Notes under the pieces: model-generated | Told to the model about the DNA's origin: nothing | The model's database searches: none | The model's input: only the letters and a program-made list of their open reading frames with translations | In this document: positions 42,011-47,642 of the stretch, in pieces | How positions within the stretch are numbered: position 1 is the stretch's first letter | Layout of the letters: each line of letters begins with the position of its first letter | NCBI GenBank assembly: GCA_964451885.1 | Contig: CAYVJW010000001.1 | Span: forward strand, 1 to 47,642 | Length of the DNA: 47,642 nt | Reading direction: 5' to 3' | Source of the DNA: an uncultured Candidatus Peribacteria bacterium | GTDB lineage: Bacteria; Patescibacteriota; Gracilibacteria; UBA4473 | Position numbers and translations under genes: made by a program

Positions 42011-45000
42011 TCACAGGTTCGTTATCTTTTCTGGACTCTCCACTGGCTCCTCTTTGCCAAAAAACTTTGTTGTTAGTTTTACTCTCGCTTTCCCCATTCT
42101 ATTCTTCGGTACATGAAATTGGGCTGATTTTCCGTTTACTTCGAATTTCTTTTGGAACGGGACGGTTTGCCCTTGGATGACTAGAAGCTCTGCCCATTCT
42201 ATGTTTTTTGGGTTTGGAAAGATCATGTCAATGGAAATGGTGTTTCGGTAGTTTGTGATTTTGGAAATCTCGGGAGTGCTTCCTTTCAAGAGTTTTTCGC
42301 GGTCATACAGGATCGGGATGGTTTTTTCGGAAAAATTACCGTGTTCATCCCAGGCGCGGGCCATGATATGGTGGCGTCCCAGGTTGCCTTTTGCGACAAA
42401 AGTTTGTTGGAATGGTTCAAGCAGTACTTCTCCCAGGTTTTTTTCATCGACCCAAAATTCCGCTTTTTTTACCCGGGATTCGTAGTCTTTTATGTCCGCT
42501 AATATATGGACCATTGAGTTTACGGGGACGTGTTGGTTTCCTTTTGGGCCGAGGAAATTTATTTCCGGTCCTTCATAATCGCCGCCTATTATTACTTCGA
42601 TTTCGTGTTCTCCCATGTTGTAAAGCCAATCGATAGCTACGGCTCGTAAGGTATGGGTGGTTCCGATTTTAGCTTGTGAAGGGAGGGCAAATCGGCCTTT
42701 CCATGGATAATGTTCACTGTCAGTAATGAGAATATCATCAAAGTAAAATTCAACCCCTTTCATTTCTGATTTTGCAGAAACGGAAACGTTAATTTCTATT
42801 TCTCCTGGAGACAGTGTGCCTCCGTCTTTGGGGCTTATAATTTTTATGAGCGGTATATTTCTTTGTTTTAAGGCATTCGGGATTTTATCGAGTAGTGTTC
42901 TTCGTCTTCGGTAAAAAGGGGAAAAGCTTAACCGGTTTTCGTTTTTCAGTTCTTCTTTTTCTGTCTCATTGCCTTCTTCATCTTCGTCTTCCTCTTCATC
43001 CATAATTTCTCCCAGAGACGACATAAATTCGGGATGGGTGGTGATCCATTCTTCTACCGGTTCTCGCCAGTGGGGCAGGTCGGAGCGTATGGATTTTAGA
43101 TCCAGGACGGTTTGTTCTATTCGCGCAAAACGCGGGGTAAACCGTGTCGGAGGTTGGCCGGTAAAACTGTCGATTTCTTCCGTTTTTATCGATTCGTCTA
43201 GTTTAGAGGGAACGGCAAAGGGGGCAAATACTTCTTCCTGCACTACGGAAAGAGGGGTAAGTTCTGTGGCCAGGTGTCCGGAAAATTTGTTTACTTTTCG
43301 GGTTTCCAGTTCTATTTCTACGTACGGTTTTTTTGGATCGGCTCCTTTCTCGACCAGATTTTTATGGGCATCAAGCATGAACCTTTTCCAGATTGGGGCG
43401 GCTACGGCCAGACCTGTGGCCCCTGGCTTCATTGGTTCTCCGCGGTTATTTCCGACCCATACGCCGGTTACCAGATGAGGGGTGAATCCGATCGTCCAGG
43501 AGTCTCCGGGAACGGTGATGGTTTTTGGATTTTCTTCTTCGTCTTCTTCCTCTTCTTCATTAAAATCCGGATTTTCCACTTTGCGGTTGGAGGTTCCGGT
43601 TTTTGATCCGTTATCGAATTTTCCGAGTTGTAGCAGTTTATTCCATTCAAATTCTTCTGTAACCGGGCGGGTGGTTTCATCAGTAAGGATGTTTCGTACC
43701 AAGGCGGCAACTTCCGGTTGGATGGCTTCCTTTTTCGTTTTTGAGGCATCGAATTTTTCCAATACTTTTCCGTTTGCGTCCTGTACTTCCAGGATGGCTG
43801 TGGGGTCGAAGTAACTTCCGTTATTTACAAACACCTGAAAGGCCGAGATATGGGAAAGTGGTTCGACTTCCGCCACTCCTACGCCCAATGCTACTCCATG
43901 TCGATCGGCATCTCCTTCAAATTTGATTCCTACTTTTTCTGCCAGGTCCAGGATGCTTTGGGGAGTGGCGAGAAAGGCCATCTTTACGGCCGGGATGTTC
44001 AGGCTGTGGTTTAGAGCGATTCTGGCTGAAACGGGGCCTATAAAATTCCCGTCAAAGTTTTGCGGCTGGTAATTGCCCCCGAAATCCGTTTCCACGTCGA
44101 AAACCGCTGTGGCGGGGGAGTATCCTTTTTCAAAAGACGCTGCGTACACGAACGGCTTAAAACTTGATCCCGGTTGTCTTCGGGCGGTGAGTATGTTTAC
44201 CTGTCCGTCGTTTTCCGTATCAAAATAATCTTTGCCGCCCACAAAGGCGAGTAGTTCTCCGGATTCCGGGTTTATGGCAGCTAAAGCTGCGTTTTTAGCT
44301 TCGTGCGTATCGAGATAGTGCTCGGTTTTTTCAGAAATAGTTTCTTCGGCGATATTTTGCAAATCAGGATTTAAGGTGGTGTAGATTCTGAGTCCTCCGT
44401 ACCGGAGGAATTCTTTGCCGTATTTTTCTTCCATTTTTTCCCTTACGTAAAATACGAAATGTGGGGCCTTGATGTCGGTTTTGTATTTTCTGAATTCCAC
44501 TTCTTTGCTTTCTGCCCAGGCGGTTTTGAACTGCTCGAAGGTAATCATCTCCAGGTCAAGCATCCGTTTAAGCACCAGGTCTTTACGGCCTTTCTTGTAA
44601 ACTCTTTCCCCTGTTTCCGAATTTTCTTCATAAAATCCGGTGAGAAGTTTTTTATTGGCTCCATAGGGGGAAAATCTGGTCGGAGCTACTGGTAGGCAAG
44701 CGAGGATTGCAGATTCGGCGAGGGTGAGCTCTCTGGCGGATTTTCCGAAAAAGGTTTTTGCGGCGGCTTCTACTCCGTGGGCATTGTGTCCGTAGGGAAT
44801 TTTATTCAGGTACATTTCCAGGATTTCGTCTTTTGTGTAGTACCATTCGACTTTCATGGAGAGAAGGAGTTCTTTGAATTTTCGTGTGATGGTTTTTTCC
44901 CGGGAAAGAAAAGAGTTTTTTACCAGTTGTTGGGTAATAGTGGATCCTCCACGGCTTGTGCCGATTCCGAAAAAACGGTTCAGGACAGCTTTTGTAAGAC

Positions 45001-45406
45001 CGCCTACATCGAATCCGAAGTGATCGTAAAATTGATCGTCTTCAATCGCGATAGTGGCTTTTTTCATCCATTCTGGGATTTCTGTAAGCGGTAAATATTC
45101 CCGGTTTTCGTCTCCGTGGATGACGTAGAGGACGTGATCGTTAGGATTTTCTTCGGGATCAAGAGCTCCTCGATCGTAGATGACGGTGGATTCGGAAAAT
45201 TGCAGTTGGGAGGCGTTTTCAACCGAAGGAAGAAAATATGCTCCGTAGGCAAATAGTCCGACAAAGGCAAGAATAAAAAGCCCAAGAAGCCATTTCCACC
45301 ACTTGGATTTTTTCCTTGGGGCAGTAGGCTTTTTATGCATAAAAAACGATCGTACTTTTCGCCAAAAGGGAGTGTATTGGCGGATTCTTCTTCTTCGAAG
45401 GAGCAT
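42011..45406 (-). CDS. Class A penicillin-binding protein (bifunctional glycosyltransferase/transpeptidase) with a long C-terminal Ig-like extension
   Basis: GT51 motifs are AIEDDQFYDHFGFD and RGGSTITQQLVKN. Transpeptidase motifs are PGSSFKPFVY (SxxK), HSLN (SxN) and KTGTS (KTG). An N-terminal TM anchor WWKWLLGLFILAFVGLFAYGAYF is present. An acidic insert NEEEEEDEEENP lies just after KTGTS. About 300 aa of C-terminal beta-rich repeats follow. An alternative start is ATG 45340. Confidence 0.92.
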   Translation of the reverse strand: MLLRRRRIRQYTPFWRKVRSFFMHKKPTAPRKKSKWWKWLLGLFILAFVGLFAYGAYFLPSVENASQLQFSESTVIYDRGALDPEENPNDHVLYVIHGDENREYLPLTEIPEWMKKATIAIEDDQFYDHFGFDVGGLTKAVLNRFFGIGTSRGGSTITQQLVKNSFLSREKTITRKFKELLLSMKVEWYYTKDEILEMYLNKIPYGHNAHGVEAAAKTFFGKSARELTLAESAILACLPVAPTRFSPYGANKKLLTGFYEENSETGERVYKKGRKDLVLKRMLDLEMITFEQFKTAWAESKEVEFRKYKTDIKAPHFVFYVREKMEEKYGKEFLRYGGLRIYTTLNPDLQNIAEETISEKTEHYLDTHEAKNAALAAINPESGELLAFVGGKDYFDTENDGQVNILTARRQPGSSFKPFVYAASFEKGYSPATAVFDVETDFGGNYQPQNFDGNFIGPVSARIALNHSLNIPAVKMAFLATPQSILDLAEKVGIKFEGDADRHGVALGVGVAEVEPLSHISAFQVFVNNGSYFDPTAILEVQDANGKVLEKFDASKTKKEAIQPEVAALVRNILTDETTRPVTEEFEWNKLLQLGKFDNGSKTGTSNRKVENPDFNEEEEEDEEENPKTITVPGDSWTIGFTPHLVTGVWVGNNRGEPMKPGATGLAVAAPIWKRFMLDAHKNLVEKGADPKKPYVEIELETRKVNKFSGHLATELTPLSVVQEEVFAPFAVPSKLDESIKTEEIDSFTGQPPTRFTPRFARIEQTVLDLKSIRSDLPHWREPVEEWITTHPEFMSSLGEIMDEEEDEDEEGNETEKEELKNENRLSFSPFYRRRRTLLDKIPNALKQRNIPLIKIISPKDGGTLSPGEIEINVSVSAKSEMKGVEFYFDDILITDSEHYPWKGRFALPSQAKIGTTHTLRAVAIDWLYNMGEHEIEVIIGGDYEGPEINFLGPKGNQHVPVNSMVHILADIKDYESRVKKAEFWVDEKNLGEVLLEPFQQTFVAKGNLGRHHIMARAWDEHGNFSEKTIPILYDREKLLKGSTPEISKITNYRNTISIDMIFPNPKNIEWAELLVIQGQTVPFQKKFEVNGKSAQFHVPKNRMGKARVKLTTKFFGKEEPVESPEKITNL

Positions 45407-45526
45407 GGGAAAAGAAATTCAAAAATCAAAATTCAAAGTGCAAAATCACAATTATAAAATACAAAAATAACAAAAAACTGCAAGATTCTCTTGTAAAACT
45501 TCTCACAGCATACTAAATATTTAATT

Positions 45527-45922
45527 CTAATTTCTCACCTCCTTCTTGTTACTCTCCGAAAACACCTCTTCCGTTTCCGGATTATGGATTATAGCCCAAA
45601 AGACATCTCCAAGTTTGATTTCGGTTTTTTCCCGAATGAGGAGATCTTCCCTTTTTCCGGTCCATTGGACATGGGCGGCGTTGTTTTTTTTATTTGAACC
45701 GGGGCGGGGGGTGAAGGTTGGACAGCCGCTTTGGGAGTTTGATGCGGGGATTTCGGGGCAGAGGTCGGCGGAATCAGGGAGTCCGTCGTTGTCGGTATCG
45801 GATGTTGTTTGGGCAAATCCGAATGAAATAATGGATAATGAAAGAATGAAAGCAATGAAGAAAATGAAAATAATGAAAAGAGGAAATATGTTTTTTTTCT
45901 TGATTCTTGATTCTTGATTCAT
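45527..45922 (-). CDS. Small secreted/anchored protein with a thrombospondin type-3-like Ca-binding repeat
   Basis: I prefer ATG 45922 (MNQESRIKKKNIFPLFIIFIFFIAFILSLSIISFGFA), which avoids overlap with the divergent GT gene. It is followed by DTDNDGLPDSADLCPE, the TSP3 pattern DxDxDGxxDxxDxCP. Confidence 0.55.
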   Translation of the reverse strand: MNQESRIKKKNIFPLFIIFIFFIAFILSLSIISFGFAQTTSDTDNDGLPDSADLCPEIPASNSQSGCPTFTPRPGSNKKNNAAHVQWTGKREDLLIREKTEIKLGDVFWAIIHNPETEEVFSESNKKEVRN

Positions 45923-45976
45923 AATTCTTGGGGTGAAACAGTGTAATTCTATTCTTTTAAGATTTATTTTCCAAGT

Positions 45977-47170
45977 ATGGGGCATCAAAAAACGAAAATG
46001 ATTACCTTCTTTCTCGACCAAGGCGAATTTCTCGGCGGCGCCGAGCGTTTCCTTATTGATTTTTTGAAAAGTCTGGATGAGGCGGATAAGAAAAGAATTA
46101 ATCCGGTTGTTGTGGGGGGAAAAGATAAAAAATATCGTGAATTGTTATTGGGCATATCGTTTGAAGATTTTGATTATCCTTCGGTTAGGGGGAATGTTTT
46201 TCAGAAATTTATGGCTGTGTTTCGGCTTATTTCTGCGGCGTGGAAGTTGAAGAAGTTGGCGGAGAAGAATGAAGTTAGATGTTTTTTTTCAAACTCCCCT
46301 CGGACGCACTTTGTTATGTTTCTGGCAAAAACTATCTTTCGGATTCCCGGGAAGTGGATATGTATGTTCCATGATCTTACCGTGCCGGATTTTTTATTAA
46401 GGCAAATTGCTTTGCGGGCGGATGTTTTGGTGGCCAATGGTATTCCGATGCAAAAAAAACTTAAGGCTTGTATATCTCAAGTATGCTGTAAAAAGATTGA
46501 AATTATATCAAATGGGATAGATTCTTATATCGCACCGAAAGCAAGTATTCCGAAAGAAATTAAGAATATTTTGGTTTTGGGACGACTTGATCCGAGAAAA
46601 GGGCAGATGTTTGCTTTGGAGGCGGCTGATTTGTTAAAAGAGCGATATCCTGACGTTAAATTTACTTTTGTCGGGAGTTCGGTGGTTTCTGATTTACGGA
46701 CGGTGGAGTATGAGAAGAAGCTTTTGGATTTTGTGAAAACCAGGGAGTTATCGAATGTTGAGTTTGTGCCGGAAGTGGAAAATCCTTTTGAAGTTATTAA
46801 TGAATCAGCCTTGGTGCTGTTTCTTCCCACAGAGCCGGAGACTTTCGGGCGGGTGGTGATTGAGGCTTTGGCTTTGGGGAAGCTGGTGTTGGCTTTTGAT
46901 GAGGTGGGACCGAGGGAGATACTGAAGGAATATGAAGAATTTTTGGGGAAATGTGAAAGTCACTCGCTCACGAAACGTGAAAGTCACCCGCCCACGGGTG
47001 ATTTAAGAGTGAAATGTCGGAATTCAAAAATTCTTGCTAAACAAATTGAATATTTTTTGGAAAATCCTTCTTTGATTTCTTTTTATACGAAAAGGGGGAG
47101 GGCGTTTGTGGAGGGGAGGTATTCTTTGGAGAGGACTAAGAAGGGGTTGGTGGGGGTTATCAGTGATTAA
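45977..47170 (+). CDS. Glycosyltransferase, GT-B fold (family 4/1-like)
   Basis: 397 aa. N-terminal GGAERF. C-terminal E-x7-E region reads LFLPTEPETFGRVVIEALALGKLVLAFDEVGPREIL. Confidence 0.85.
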   Translation: MGHQKTKMITFFLDQGEFLGGAERFLIDFLKSLDEADKKRINPVVVGGKDKKYRELLLGISFEDFDYPSVRGNVFQKFMAVFRLISAAWKLKKLAEKNEVRCFFSNSPRTHFVMFLAKTIFRIPGKWICMFHDLTVPDFLLRQIALRADVLVANGIPMQKKLKACISQVCCKKIEIISNGIDSYIAPKASIPKEIKNILVLGRLDPRKGQMFALEAADLLKERYPDVKFTFVGSSVVSDLRTVEYEKKLLDFVKTRELSNVEFVPEVENPFEVINESALVLFLPTEPETFGRVVIEALALGKLVLAFDEVGPREILKEYEEFLGKCESHSLTKRESHPPTGDLRVKCRNSKILAKQIEYFLENPSLISFYTKRGRAFVEGRYSLERTKKGLVGVISD

Positions 47171-47294
47171 TGAAAAATCAGATTGTTTTTCTGTGGGGGC
47201 GAACCGTGAAAATAATAATTAAACAAAACAAAATTTGACCTCTTTACCCCCCCTAACCCCCTTAACAGAGGGGAATTGTAATTTTACACACATC

Positions 47295-47594
47295 TCAACA
47301 ACTGAAGGGGAGGTTTCCCAACCTCGCCGTATAGCAGAAGCAACGTTTGTATTCGGCGAAGATATGAATCATCGCCTTCAAATTATGTTTTATATTTGGC
47401 TTTGTTTGAACGTGTGTAAAATTACGGGGAATTAGTTGACGAATTCGTAAATATCTGATGATAAGATGCAGATCTTTCACTTTCTCCAATTTGTAAGAGT
47501 CTTCGCCATTGGTTAGATATGGCGAACGTAGGAGCATATTGATAATTATCCACAAAGTCCACCCACTCGAAAGGGGTACGAAACATGAAGGCAA
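47295..47594 (-). CDS. Hypothetical ORF (doubtful)
   Basis: This is a 99-aa ORF with no recognisable motifs, no obvious ribosome-binding site and odd composition. It spans a region carrying a 14-bp inverted repeat. It may be non-coding or a gene fragment. Confidence 0.2.
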   Translation of the reverse strand: MPSCFVPLSSGWTLWIIINMLLRSPYLTNGEDSYKLEKVKDLHLIIRYLRIRQLIPRNFTHVQTKPNIKHNLKAMIHIFAEYKRCFCYTARLGNLPFSC

Positions 47595-47642
47595 AGTTCC
47601 ATTTTGATGTGATGTGTTGAGAAGTAAACTGATAAAAATATA

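Overview
This is a densely packed, low-GC bacterial chromosome segment. Hand-counted sample lines are mostly about 25-45 % GC. It uses the standard genetic code: TAA, TAG and TGA all terminate recognisable genes. The housekeeping backbone is pheS, rpoD, pheT, a MurE-like ligase, der, recF, tgt, two lgt paralogues, rpsO-pnp, an RluA-family pseudouridine synthase, ychF, dCMP deaminase, dcd, a DHFR-like reductase, eno and a class A PBP. The many lineage-specific secreted or membrane proteins, a lamin-tail-domain giant protein and very short intergenic spacers suggest a reduced Patescibacteria/CPR-like genome, but that is inference only.

The most interesting part is an accessory island at about 26.0-36.3 kb.
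- It contains a strikingly GC-rich gene (27440-28963; sampled lines about 55-68 % GC) for a single-pass coiled-coil membrane protein.
- Next come two proteins (1192 aa and 512 aa) that share a roughly 300-aa N-terminal domain I cannot assign. Neither has a signal peptide. Their C-termini differ but both relate to peptidoglycan: one has a peptidoglycan-binding repeat plus an EF-hand loop, the other a YkuD L,D-transpeptidase domain.
- LysM-like and small membrane proteins flank them.
- I read this as a candidate modular cell-wall-targeting effector system, but cannot prove it from sequence alone.

Other notable items:
- A roughly 85-100 bp hairpin-forming intergenic repeat is present three times.
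- An 800-bp ORF-poor, highly structured region holds a 30-codon ORF whose ribosome-binding site and start codon are sequestered in a hairpin.
- Near-perfect coding tandem repeats of 42 bp and 21 bp occur.
- Three tandem paralogous secreted proteins lie between rpoD and pheT.
- One gene fuses riboflavin kinase to 5-formyl-THF cyclo-ligase.

I found no rRNA genes, convincing tRNA genes, CRISPR arrays or transposases.
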